From a virus (Duplodnaviria; Caudoviricetes), in IMG/VR virus record IMGVR_UViG_3300031414_000005: a DNA stretch of 64,000 bases. One strand, 5' to 3'. Below are positions 35,254 to 44,098 of the stretch, one piece after another. The position numbers and the translations under genes were made by a program. The first letter of the stretch is position 1. Each line of letters starts with the position of its first letter. The notes below the pieces were generated by a model, which made no database searches, was not told the origin of the DNA, and saw only the letters and a program-made list of their open reading frames with translations.

Positions 35254-35718
35254 ATGCCAAGCTATTTCGCACTGTATGGACAAAACCGTATTATACTGGG
35301 CACTGATCGTGAACGTGGTCATGATCATCGTATCGCGGATCTGGTACCGTTGAAGAAAACCAGCCGGATTGTAACCTCAATTGAAAACAAAGATGCCCTG
35401 GCCCTGATCCGTCAGTTGCCTGAGTATTTCTTCATAACGAAGAAAGCACTGGATGCGTTGCGCATTGAGTTGATTGACGATGGTAAACCCACCCGGTCAT
35501 TACCGTTGCACAGTCAACGTACCGACAAGCACGATGCGCTGTTGATCACCTTAAAGGGAAACACCTGCCACCAAGTGTACACCATGACCAAGTCACAGTG
35601 GGACACCAAACGGTTCAATGACCACCTGGCGTTTCTCATTGATTACAGCGACGCGAAAAACGTGGCGATCAGCCTGGATGTGTTAATCACCCATGGCCCG
35701 CAGTATTACTTGAAGTAA
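35254..35718 (+). CDS. hypothetical protein
   Basis: Starts 1 nt after the upstream stop. Confidence 0.7.
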   Translation: MPSYFALYGQNRIILGTDRERGHDHRIADLVPLKKTSRIVTSIENKDALALIRQLPEYFFITKKALDALRIELIDDGKPTRSLPLHSQRTDKHDALLITLKGNTCHQVYTMTKSQWDTKRFNDHLAFLIDYSDAKNVAISLDVLITHGPQYYLK

Positions 35719-35786
35719 GTACCACCAACCCCCGTGTGCGATGAGCCATTGTGCCGCCACACATTACAACCCAAGTGGAGTAAACC

Positions 35787-36188
35787 ATGAAACTGAACAC
35801 CATCAAAACTGTTAAAACCGATGCCCGTATTGTTTTCGTCGGTCCTGCCCCTTCCGAAGGCATTGGCTTCCGTGCAGTGAAACTGGCGGTGAAGAACGCA
35901 GACAGGGGCCTTGGTATCCTGCTCGACAACATCGCGAACGATGTATTGGAGTGTGACCACGAAGGCCGGGTCGATATCGACTACAGCACGTATATCTCTG
36001 CTGACGGACGCATTAGCCGAGATGCTGGTAACAACATGACATTTGTAAGTTTGCGTGCTAATAAAGAAGCACTTGAGCTTTATGGTAAAAACAAAGTCTT
36101 AAAACACATCGAATTTTTCATCGACCAACAGCCGGGTGATATTAAGATTGTCGGCTACCGTTTAATCGCAGAGGGCGGTTTACAATGA
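35787..36188 (+). CDS. hypothetical protein
   Basis: GGAG RBS. Confidence 0.7.
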   Translation: MKLNTIKTVKTDARIVFVGPAPSEGIGFRAVKLAVKNADRGLGILLDNIANDVLECDHEGRVDIDYSTYISADGRISRDAGNNMTFVSLRANKEALELYGKNKVLKHIEFFIDQQPGDIKIVGYRLIAEGGLQ

Positions 36189-36685
36189 ATTTTGAATTGA
36201 TCACAGTTGACGGCCCGGAGCACAGTTACTTCCCTGTGTTCGCGGAGATGTACAAAGAGTTAACGCGTGGCCTGGAACCGATCTGGAAAAACGTGCGTCG
36301 GCATTTCTACACCTGGTCAGATCAAGACCTGCGTGATATCGCGGAAGTGCAGGCAGACGAACAAACCAGTCGTTGTCGTGTCTGTGTACTGCTGGGTGAC
36401 GGGATTCCAATCGGGTTCATCGAATACAGCATGCCGGTGGCCAACGTGCTACTGGCCATCGACAATATCTATGTACGTGAAGCCTACCGGAATCAAGGTG
36501 GGTTCAACTTCATGTATGAAGCGATTCTGTCAATCTGTCGGGAAAACGGGATTACGGATATTGAACTGGGTGCGACCGTGGGTACCCCGGCGATTGAGAT
36601 CTACGAACGTCTGGGGTTCAAACCGGTGTATGTGAAGTACCAGATCGCGATGAACGCACCAGAAGGGGACAGGCATGCCAAATAA
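36185..36685 (+). CDS. GNAT family acetyltransferase
   Basis: IDNIYVREAYRNQGG; PAIEIYERLGF. Confidence 0.85.
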   Translation: MNFELITVDGPEHSYFPVFAEMYKELTRGLEPIWKNVRRHFYTWSDQDLRDIAEVQADEQTSRCRVCVLLGDGIPIGFIEYSMPVANVLLAIDNIYVREAYRNQGGFNFMYEAILSICRENGITDIELGATVGTPAIEIYERLGFKPVYVKYQIAMNAPEGDRHAK

Positions 36686-37112
36686 GGACAGCAAGGGAAA
36701 AGGGGTGTTCTTCCGCCGCATGACCATCCTCACCGCGGAGCAGTGCAAAGCGATTGGGGATCACGATGCATTCAGCCGAGTGCTGAAACGGAATTACCTG
36801 AAGGTAGAGAAAGGGGCGCTGGAGCCACTCGATTATAAGAAGCTGGTACCCCAGGAGGTGTTTCTGCGGTTTATCTCCACCGACCCGAACGCGGTGGTGT
36901 GCCGTATCGACGACCTGCGCTTCTTATCCAGTGGTGAGTTGATTGGACGGGTGTTGCCAGATGAAAGCAATTACCCGGGGGTGATGGAACGGTTGCTGCG
37001 TTTGCCCGAGGCGGTGTTCCGCTTTGAGCCCCGCATCATCGAGCGTTACGCCAAGACCCGACGTCGGCCGGTTACCCGCGAAGTCGTGACCTTCGATTTC
37101 GTGTACCTTTAA
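36675..37112 (+). CDS. hypothetical protein
   Basis: GGGGA RBS; followed by a terminator. Confidence 0.7.
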   Translation: MPNKDSKGKGVFFRRMTILTAEQCKAIGDHDAFSRVLKRNYLKVEKGALEPLDYKKLVPQEVFLRFISTDPNAVVCRIDDLRFLSSGELIGRVLPDESNYPGVMERLLRLPEAVFRFEPRIIERYAKTRRRPVTREVVTFDFVYL

Positions 37113-37117
37113 ATCCC

Positions 37118-37148
37118 AAGAGGGGCTGCTGCGGCGGCCTCTCTTTTT
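37118..37148 (+). terminator. intrinsic terminator
   Basis: AAGAGGGGCTGC-TGCG-GCGGCCTCTCTT followed by a T run. Confidence 0.75.
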
Positions 37149-37155
37149 CAGGAGG

Positions 37156-37545
37156 GTGTGTATGCTCCAAGTGATTGGTCGTATCAAAACACAATTAGCC
37201 AAGCTTGACGGTGTTGAACGGGTTCGCGTCACGATTTATGACGACCGCATGCTCGTTACTGTTTTTCATCAGGAATACCTGACCAACCCGTTTAAAGCGT
37301 TAAAAGAGACGTTGCCGCGTTGTCAATTGACGCAACGCGTAACACCGCTCGGGCGACAGTGTATCAGTCAGTTTGCGATGAAATCCTATCCGTTTTTACA
37401 GACGGATGTAGCCCATCTAATAACTGTCTTTGTCGCTAACCACCCCATCAGACCTTATCCTGATGTTGTTATTCTGGAAGGTGAACATGATCACCGTTTT
37501 ACCGAACACCAATGTCCTGAAGTACTTCGACCAACACGACGTTGA
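37156..37545 (+). CDS. hypothetical protein
   Basis: GGAGG RBS. Confidence 0.65.
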   Translation: MCMLQVIGRIKTQLAKLDGVERVRVTIYDDRMLVTVFHQEYLTNPFKALKETLPRCQLTQRVTPLGRQCISQFAMKSYPFLQTDVAHLITVFVANHPIRPYPDVVILEGEHDHRFTEHQCPEVLRPTRR

Positions 37546-37966
37546 CCTGGCACATGGTTGTAACTGCATGACCACAATGGGTGCCGGTATTGCTAAGGGG
37601 TTGCGTGACCGCTGGCCTCAGGTATACCACGCCGACTGTCAAACCGTGAAAGGGGATCACACCAAGCTGGGTAAGTTTACCTATGCTGATGTGGGTAGTA
37701 AACGTATCTACAATTTGTATTCGCAGTACAAGTATGGTCGGGACAAGAAATACTTTGCCCCTCGTGCTTTCCAAATCGCGCTGCTACGGGTGTTTTTCGA
37801 CATGAGCATCCGTGAGCGTTACAGTCTCATCATCCCCTGGATTGGTACCTACAATGCCGGGGGTACCCGTGAAGAGATTATGCGCATTCTGGAAGACACG
37901 GTCCCGACTGAGATCAACTTGTTTATTGGGGAACTGGATTATGCCAATCACCAAAAACGGGTTTGA
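37487..37966 (+). CDS. macrodomain (Poa1p/T4 Tk.4-like) ADP-ribose-processing protein
   Basis: LAHGCNCMTTMGAGIAKGL, IYNLYSQ and IPWIGTYNAGG. Confidence 0.88.
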   Translation: MITVLPNTNVLKYFDQHDVDLAHGCNCMTTMGAGIAKGLRDRWPQVYHADCQTVKGDHTKLGKFTYADVGSKRIYNLYSQYKYGRDKKYFAPRAFQIALLRVFFDMSIRERYSLIIPWIGTYNAGGTREEIMRILEDTVPTEINLFIGELDYANHQKRV

Positions 37967-38210
37967 ATGGTTTACCCCGGATGAAATCTGGCCAGTAATT
38001 CTGGCCGCACCGCAAGTGCCTATCCGCATCACCACCGCTGGATGGGAGGACGGTAAAGAGGTAAACCTTCGCACCAAAGGCTTAAACAACCAGGGGTCCA
38101 TGGGTTACTACCTGATTCACAACACCCTGGACATGGAACCGTACTGGCGGTTTATCACCGAACCCCCAACCCCACCCTTTGTGCTGCGCGAGCAACTGGG
38201 TTTTTCATAG
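37941..38210 (+). CDS. hypothetical protein, paralog of 38221
   Basis: MPITKNGFEWFTPDE..IRITT. Confidence 0.7.
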   Translation: MPITKNGFEWFTPDEIWPVILAAPQVPIRITTAGWEDGKEVNLRTKGLNNQGSMGYYLIHNTLDMEPYWRFITEPPTPPFVLREQLGFS

Positions 38211-38220
38211 AGGAACCCGC

Positions 38221-38481
38221 ATGCCCATCCATAAAGACGGTGTGGACTGGTTGACACCCGAAGAAGCCCACCAAACGTTGCTGGCACAGAACGGTAAACT
38301 GGTTCGTATCACAACCGAGGGGCTGACCTACGACCCGGACGAGATCTGTATTGTCACGGTGTGTGGTTACAACGGTGGTGGCACAACTGAGCAGTTTTTG
38401 CAGAACTCCCCGTACTGGCGTGTCGATACTTTTGGTCCGCCTTCCTATGTCCTTAATGAGAGCATAGACTTCCAATGTTAA
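38221..38481 (+). CDS. hypothetical protein, paralog of 37941
   Basis: MPIHKDGVDWLTPEE..VRITT; GAGGA RBS. Confidence 0.7.
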   Translation: MPIHKDGVDWLTPEEAHQTLLAQNGKLVRITTEGLTYDPDEICIVTVCGYNGGGTTEQFLQNSPYWRVDTFGPPSYVLNESIDFQC

Positions 38482-38765
38482 ACATCGAAATTCCTGAGCA
38501 CCTGGAGCGGTTGTTAAAGCACCGCTCTATTCGACGCTCCTGGCAGTTCTCCCGGTATCGCCAGATGTGGTTGACCCCCAACCAGGTGATGGCGTATCTC
38601 CAACACCCCGGGAATAAAGAGCGGGTTGTCTGCACCATCAGCAATGAAAACCTATATAACCCCCTTGATAAGACACCCATCCTTATTGAGTTCGATTCCG
38701 ACAAACACACCTACAAGTGGCTGCGTGAGCAACTTGAGGTTTCAACACACTGGTGGTTTACGTAA
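38475..38765 (+). CDS. hypothetical protein, probable third paralog
   Basis: MWLTPNQV..ERVVCT. Confidence 0.6.
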   Translation: MLNIEIPEHLERLLKHRSIRRSWQFSRYRQMWLTPNQVMAYLQHPGNKERVVCTISNENLYNPLDKTPILIEFDSDKHTYKWLREQLEVSTHWWFT

Positions 38766-39337
38766 TGAAGAAACCCAGGAAGCTGTACGAACGTCACGGA
38801 CGACGTTGGTTATCCCCGGGCCCCTCACTGACAGCAGTCGGGTGGTCAGTGGTGGAAAAGGACATCAATTATCCGCATGCGTGCCTCGGCATCTACAACT
38901 ACGGTGAACAAGTCCGGTTGCATTCCGGTAACAACACTGTAAAAGGGATGCGCGAATACATGGAGAAAATCGTCTCCTTGCGCCGCAACATCACCGCGTT
39001 CCTGACGGAACTGGAATACGCCTGCCACATCGACGAACCCCGACAGATCACCAGCCGTATCTGGCTGAATGAACAGTTGGGATTAAACCCGCGTTATACC
39101 GGGTCTGTCGCGTACTCCATCAACCGGGACAAATACCGGTTTGAGATGGCGGATTGTACGACCAAAATTGTGTTTGAAGGCTCACTGTGTTCTGACAACG
39201 CCAAGCGTAAGAAAGACATCCGTAAGCTGGCTGTGATTGTTACCGTAATAAATACCCTGATTGCTGAAGTCGATAAACTGATCGACCTTGGCTTGTGCTC
39301 TGACCAACCTCATAAACTGGATACCCTTTCTAAATGA
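38765..39337 (+). CDS. hypothetical protein
   Basis: TAATG overlap. Confidence 0.7.
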   Translation: MKKPRKLYERHGRRWLSPGPSLTAVGWSVVEKDINYPHACLGIYNYGEQVRLHSGNNTVKGMREYMEKIVSLRRNITAFLTELEYACHIDEPRQITSRIWLNEQLGLNPRYTGSVAYSINRDKYRFEMADCTTKIVFEGSLCSDNAKRKKDIRKLAVIVTVINTLIAEVDKLIDLGLCSDQPHKLDTLSK

Positions 39338-39696
39338 AACGTAAAACCCTGAACGCATTCTTTGACAACCTGAAAAAGCTGGAAATGTCTCGCCTGATTC
39401 GTGACAACAAAGATTACACCCTGGGCAACAACATGAAGGGTGACGGTGTGCATGCCGATATCGTGCGTCTGGTTGCGGAGCTGCGCGAGTTCGCTGAGAA
39501 GCACCTGACCAATGGCACTGACCTTGGTGAAGTGATGGCTGAAGCCGCAAACCGTAAGTTGCAAATCCTGGACCACCTGAAGAGCAACCTTGATATGTCC
39601 ACCAACACGGTGACCTATCGCCTGGAAACCCGCAAAGGCAAGTTTGTGTACTGGGTGAAAGATATGAGCATGAAACCTGCGCTGGAAGTGGCGTAA
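39334..39696 (+). CDS. hypothetical protein
   Basis: Start overlaps the upstream stop. Confidence 0.7.
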   Translation: MKRKTLNAFFDNLKKLEMSRLIRDNKDYTLGNNMKGDGVHADIVRLVAELREFAEKHLTNGTDLGEVMAEAANRKLQILDHLKSNLDMSTNTVTYRLETRKGKFVYWVKDMSMKPALEVA

Positions 39697-40127
39697 TGGA
39701 GCTGCTCTGGCTGACTGTTGACAGTGGTGCGAGCTATGCTCCTGAAATCACCGCAATGATGAAGGCCCTGCGCACCGAAGAGAATGTCATGACGAACACC
39801 AAAAAGGTGGAGCGTGCGAAACCCTATCATCAGGAGTTTCGTGACCGTGACATGTGCATTCTGCTGGCAATGGAAAAGGGTGATGTCGCTGGCATGATTT
39901 CTTTTACCCCCGGCCTGATGGGGATCATCTATCGGCTGTATGTCAAACCGGTGTATCGCCGTCGTGGGGTGGGTGACCTGCTGATGCAGAGCACGAAAGA
40001 GTATATGAAGCGCCGCGGGAGTATTGAGTTCACCGTGAACACCATCCCCGCTAATGAACCGGCAATTGCACTGTACAAGAAGTACGGGTTGACGCCGGAG
40101 TACCTGTCGCTACGCGGCAAAGTTTAA
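39696..40127 (+). CDS. GNAT family acetyltransferase
   Basis: IYRLYVKPVYRRRGVG; NEPAIALYKKYG. Confidence 0.88.
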   Translation: MELLWLTVDSGASYAPEITAMMKALRTEENVMTNTKKVERAKPYHQEFRDRDMCILLAMEKGDVAGMISFTPGLMGIIYRLYVKPVYRRRGVGDLLMQSTKEYMKRRGSIEFTVNTIPANEPAIALYKKYGLTPEYLSLRGKV

Positions 40128-40145
40128 CAGGAAAGGAAAAATAAG

Positions 40146-40619
40146 ATGTCTACGACAATCATCAATTATGATGCAGTTGTGCAAGAACTTATTAAAGGTA
40201 TACAGATCAACGATAATCGTGACATGGCGCCGCGTTTGGGATTGGATAAAACCGACTGGCGTTATTACTCGGAGTTGCGCACCGTGGGGTTCAGTGTCCC
40301 CAGACAGTTAGGTGCTTCCGGTTGGTTGGTCAATCAGTTCATCCGTCATCCATTAGGCGAAGCGTTGGTGGTGGTGGCGAACAGACCGATGCGCCAGCTC
40401 TTTCTGACACGCCTGGATGAACGGGATGCGTTCAAACACAGTCGACCCCATGTGATTGTTGCGGACAAGGCCAACCTGGCCAACCTCCACCACACCTACC
40501 GTTATGTCTATATCGAAGATGCGTCCCATGTGTTTGCTAACCAAATCAAACACGCCCCTTTCCACCGTGCATTAGCACCGCATGTCACCGAGAACGTGGT
40601 GATCGTGCGGGTCAACTAA
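40146..40619 (+). CDS. hypothetical protein, possible degenerate P-loop fold
   Basis: VPRQLGAS and YVYIEDA resemble decayed PRQxGKT and Walker B motifs. Confidence 0.55.
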   Translation: MSTTIINYDAVVQELIKGIQINDNRDMAPRLGLDKTDWRYYSELRTVGFSVPRQLGASGWLVNQFIRHPLGEALVVVANRPMRQLFLTRLDERDAFKHSRPHVIVADKANLANLHHTYRYVYIEDASHVFANQIKHAPFHRALAPHVTENVVIVRVN

Positions 40620-40622
40620 ACC

Positions 40623-40660
40623 ATGGCCCTTCGGGGCCATATCCTTTTCTTTCTTTTTTG
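40623..40660 (+). terminator. intrinsic terminator
   Basis: ATGGCCC-TTCG-GGGCCAT then a T-rich tract. Confidence 0.7.
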
Positions 40661-40670
40661 GACTGTTATC

Positions 40671-41804
40671 ATGTCAAAAACTATTCTTACCCCCGAGCAC
40701 CTCAATTCCCTGATTATCAAAGAAGAGTATGTTGAGAACACCGTGGGTGGCAAGGTCTGGTTAAGCTGCTATCTCTGGGTGGCCCCGACACACGCAATTG
40801 TGGGTGAACCGTGCAGTGCAATGTACCCGGAAACCAGCGACCCGGCAAAAGCGCGTCAGGTGGCCCGTAAACGTGCGTTTGATCAACTGTGGGCGTTGGA
40901 AGCCTACCGTTTGATGGTCAACGAACACCGCGAGTCCAATCACTCAGTAAGCGCCCTGGAAGAACGTATCCGTCGGATTGAAGTCGCATTACAGATGCCG
41001 GGTGCAGTGCTGACCTATGCAGAAAAGCTGGATGCGGCCATGCAAGATACACCCCCGACCGCCGTAACCCCACCGGAAACCCCGGCAAACGGACCGGGTG
41101 TACTGACCACCCGCGAACTCACCCCGGTTAGCGAACTCACCCCCGAGATTTCTCGTTACCTGGTGCGGCTGGAAGATGAAGTCACCAATATCTGCGGTGC
41201 CGTGATGAAACTCAAACTGTATGCCGCAGGTCCCGTGACTGAAGACCTCATGGGTCACTTCAGTACCGAGTTCCAGGAACAACTGCGTATTGAAGCTAAC
41301 GCCCCGGGGTTTGATGCCGACAGTTTTGATGTGTATGCGTTCTGCCGTAACCTGGAGGTTGCTGGTATCCGGGTGGAAGCCGATATCCTGAACCGCAGCA
41401 ATACCGCCTGGGTTGACAGCATGACCATGGAGAAAGTCACGGCGGGTGACACCCCTGACGATGGCGCCGCCCCGCAGTCAACAATTGAGCCCGTTATTGT
41501 GGGCGATGGCCTGTTGCAAGGTTTCCGGGTGACCGAATACCTGGAAGAGTTCGAGCAGGCGAAATCGGACATCGAGAAGTCCCTGTCCCAGCGTGCCATG
41601 TTATCTGTGCGGTTTGGTATTGACTATGCGCATGATGAAGAAGGCCGGAAGATCTATTGGGAACTGGATGAGCTGAAAAACCGGTTTGATAATGCACTCA
41701 GCAATTACAACTTTGCGGTGGCCAACCCCAGCGAAGAGATCAGCGACTTCCTGGTCGAGGTCTTTGCATTGCCGAAAGAAAACTTCAAGGTAACGTTGCA
41801 TTGA
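40671..41804 (+). CDS. multidomain protein with N-terminal N4 gp49/Sf6 gp66-like (Acb4-like) domain
   Basis: IIKEEY..SC.L..IVGEP.SA..PE..D....QVARKRAFDQLWALEAYRL. Confidence 0.6.
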   Translation: MSKTILTPEHLNSLIIKEEYVENTVGGKVWLSCYLWVAPTHAIVGEPCSAMYPETSDPAKARQVARKRAFDQLWALEAYRLMVNEHRESNHSVSALEERIRRIEVALQMPGAVLTYAEKLDAAMQDTPPTAVTPPETPANGPGVLTTRELTPVSELTPEISRYLVRLEDEVTNICGAVMKLKLYAAGPVTEDLMGHFSTEFQEQLRIEANAPGFDADSFDVYAFCRNLEVAGIRVEADILNRSNTAWVDSMTMEKVTAGDTPDDGAAPQSTIEPVIVGDGLLQGFRVTEYLEEFEQAKSDIEKSLSQRAMLSVRFGIDYAHDEEGRKIYWELDELKNRFDNALSNYNFAVANPSEEISDFLVEVFALPKENFKVTLH

Positions 41805-41808
41805 TAAT

Positions 41809-41849
41809 TTAGAATGCAGGTCAGTTTAAGTCTATATAACCAATATGAA
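41809..41849 (+). promoter_or_regulatory. early promoter (class B)
   Basis: TTAGAATGCAG-N12-CTATATAAC-N4-ATGAA. Confidence 0.75.
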
Positions 41850-41889
41850 TACAGAGCAATAGTGCTTTGTACCTATTGGAGATATCCTC

Positions 41890-42291
41890 ATGAAACTGAC
41901 CAAACTGCGCTTTGTCCTGTCTAAAGAGTTCATCGAACTGTGTGCTGCAAATATCGACCGTGGTATGGCGACGGTTATCCGCCTGGCTGAACGTCGTTAT
42001 GTCTTCGCTAACCCGAAGGCCACTGAAGACATCGATATCGATGAGTCTGATGTGAACCGCGCGCTGAGCATCGCGAAGAACGAAGACGCACGTTTTGACC
42101 GCCTGGCCAACGTGTACAGCTGGATTCGTAAACAGTCTAGCAAAGCGGCTTTAACCTGGAGTAACTATCGTGCATACATCACTGCTAACGCATTGGAAAA
42201 ACTGTGGGTCGTCACCGGTGTCTATAAAGAAGCCGCTGATGTCGAAGTCGAGTTTAACCATATCGTTGGCATGGTCGCTGATGCAAAGTAA
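41890..42291 (+). CDS. hypothetical early protein (monocistronic)
   Basis: GGAG RBS; has its own promoter and terminator. Confidence 0.8.
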   Translation: MKLTKLRFVLSKEFIELCAANIDRGMATVIRLAERRYVFANPKATEDIDIDESDVNRALSIAKNEDARFDRLANVYSWIRKQSSKAALTWSNYRAYITANALEKLWVVTGVYKEAADVEVEFNHIVGMVADAK

Positions 42292-42294
42292 TCC

Positions 42295-42350
42295 ATAGCG
42301 GGAGGCTACCAGTAGGTATGCCTCCCGACTATTCACCTGATTTATTTTTT
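42295..42350 (+). terminator. terminator-like hairpin
   Basis: CGGGAGGC..GCCTCCCG followed by a T-rich tract. Confidence 0.7.
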
Positions 42351-42458
42351 AACGAAAAAGCTAAATCAGATGCGTAGTTTATAAAAACAACAGGCGTTAC
42401 CTGTGCTTATGAATTCCATCTTCTCATCGATCTACACACTCAAAAAGGTTTTATTACA

Positions 42459-42638
42459 ATGTCCACGACCAAATCACACGTTAAAGATGCCAAGAAATTT
42501 GCTAACCTGTCCCGTGCGCGTCAAGTTGAAGTCCTGATGGGCGTACGCCTGACTTCGGTTCAACGCGACCTCATTGAATACCTGGCTGATGGAGATCACC
42601 TTGCAGCTATACACCGTTCAAATCGCCCGGTATCGTAA
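42459..42638 (+). CDS. 59-aa hypothetical protein
   Basis: Hand translation MSTTKSHVKDAKKFANLSRARQVEVLMG...; AAGG RBS. Confidence 0.55.
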   Translation: MSTTKSHVKDAKKFANLSRARQVEVLMGVRLTSVQRDLIEYLADGDHLAAIHRSNRPVS

Positions 42639-42966
42639 AGCATTGGCCCTGGGTGTCCCGTTTGTGGACACCTCCATCAAAACCGGGAAGTCAGAATTCA
42701 TGCCGACCTGGGACATGGTGATGGGGTACAAGCAAGGTACTGTCAGTGAAGAACGTTACACCGAGATGTATTACGACCTGATGCGCCAACGCTATCGAGC
42801 CAATCGCCAATGGTGGTTGGCTTTTTTACGCGATCAGCCCAGCGCAGCCATTGGGTGCTTCTGTACACCGGGTGCGTTCTGTCACCGTTTATTGCTCGTA
42901 GACATCTTCAGGAAAATCTGTGAGCGCAACGATATTCCTTTTGAATACGCAGGTGAATTAACATGA
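42589..42966 (+). CDS. DUF488-like protein
   Basis: LYT.QI, FMPTWDMV..YK, GCFC.PG.FCHR.LL motif. Confidence 0.6.
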   Translation: MEITLQLYTVQIARYRKALALGVPFVDTSIKTGKSEFMPTWDMVMGYKQGTVSEERYTEMYYDLMRQRYRANRQWWLAFLRDQPSAAIGCFCTPGAFCHRLLLVDIFRKICERNDIPFEYAGELT

Positions 42967-43433
42967 TCCTGGATTACAACACCGCCTGGGACCGAATAGA
43001 GGACAGCACCCTCAAGGGTGAAACCGTCAAGTTTGTGGCCTCAAAAATCCGACCCGGCGAGTTCTACCTCCACTCGGAACCCGTGCACGGCGACAACCCC
43101 TGCCATGCTCTGGTGATTCTGAAAACCAACCACCACCTCTACGCTATCTGGGTGACCTCACCTCCGGACAGACGTACCGACACCCGTATCCTGCAACGCG
43201 CATTGATTGAGTTGTTGCAGCTGCCGTATGGTCAGATCAACGTGTTCAATAACCTGCGGGTTGACCGCCGGACACGCTACCATATTTGCAATGGGTATCG
43301 GTCGTTGTATTTCACCGACCTGGTCAAAGGCCGGTTCTCCCAGAAACAACTGGTTATCCCAAATAAACATGAAGCCTTCCTGGCGATGTTCCAGCAACAG
43401 GCCAAAGACTTCATTATTCAACAGACTTACTGA
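42963..43433 (+). CDS. hypothetical protein
   Basis: ATGA overlap. Confidence 0.7.
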   Translation: MILDYNTAWDRIEDSTLKGETVKFVASKIRPGEFYLHSEPVHGDNPCHALVILKTNHHLYAIWVTSPPDRRTDTRILQRALIELLQLPYGQINVFNNLRVDRRTRYHICNGYRSLYFTDLVKGRFSQKQLVIPNKHEAFLAMFQQQAKDFIIQQTY

Positions 43434-43444
43434 GGTACATTCCA

Positions 43445-43738
43445 ATGGTAAAAGAAGTCAAACACGGGTTCACGTTTGATGATGCTGGCTCACAGGCAAT
43501 CGGGGCGTTCTACACCGATATTGAAATAGCGCTGCGGGTCAAAGGCACCAACCTGACCCAGATCTGCCGACAGATCATCAAGCGGCATTTAAAGCAGACC
43601 CGTAACCCCGAATTGATCATCACCCTGGAAGCCCTCCAGAAGAAATACGCCCTGGTACCGGAGTTACGGGAACGGATCGCGGAATACCGGGGATTGGTGT
43701 CAGGGGAATTAGAAGTGGTGCGGCTGGTACGTTCGTAA
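43445..43738 (+). CDS. hypothetical protein
   Basis: GAGG RBS. Confidence 0.7.
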   Translation: MVKEVKHGFTFDDAGSQAIGAFYTDIEIALRVKGTNLTQICRQIIKRHLKQTRNPELIITLEALQKKYALVPELRERIAEYRGLVSGELEVVRLVRS

Positions 43739-43822
43739 ATAAATACTTACCATCAGGTATTATCTGACAGCTGTAGATGCTGCCGCGCAATAGTCAACAT
43801 TGATTTAAGCTATCATCATTTT

Positions 43823-43860
43823 TGGATCGGGTTCGCTGTATGTCCCGATCCATCTTTTTA
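43823..43860 (+). terminator. terminator-like hairpin (or first domain of the structured RNA)
   Basis: TGGATCGGG (43823-31) pairs with CCCGATCCA (43844-52); TCTTTTT follows. Confidence 0.6.
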
Positions 43861-43867
43861 TTCCGTA

Positions 43868-44098
43868 TTTGGTTGTGTGGTAAAAGAGGTTCTCCGCCTC
43901 AAGACTTGCCTGTCGCCACCACACGACCAAACCCCTTTGGCGCTTTTGGTTCACGTACCTCAAATGCGTAAGCTTCCTTCCTGGTGGAATCTCTGTCACG
44001 CCAAAAGCGCCAACCACTATGCTGTGTGAAGTCTTTGCCGGAATGACGGCAGTCCATAATAGGAAATTTCCTGGAGAGCTTCGGCTCTCCTCTTTTTT
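43868..44098 (+). ncRNA. candidate novel structured non-coding RNA
   Basis: 14-bp stem 43868-81/43918-31 (one G-U), perfect 13-bp stem 43937-49/44001-13, hairpin 44036-51, UUCG terminator 44073-98; no credible + strand ORF. Confidence 0.55.
44073..44098 (+). terminator. intrinsic terminator
   Basis: GGAGAGC-TTCG-GCTCTCC-TCTTTTTT. Confidence 0.85.

Noticed and set aside
43868-44013. tRNA, tmRNA or retron msr-msd interpretation of the structured region
   Set aside because: No TTCGA T-loop, D-loop or CCA cloverleaf, no tag ORF recognised, and no reverse transcriptase in the window.
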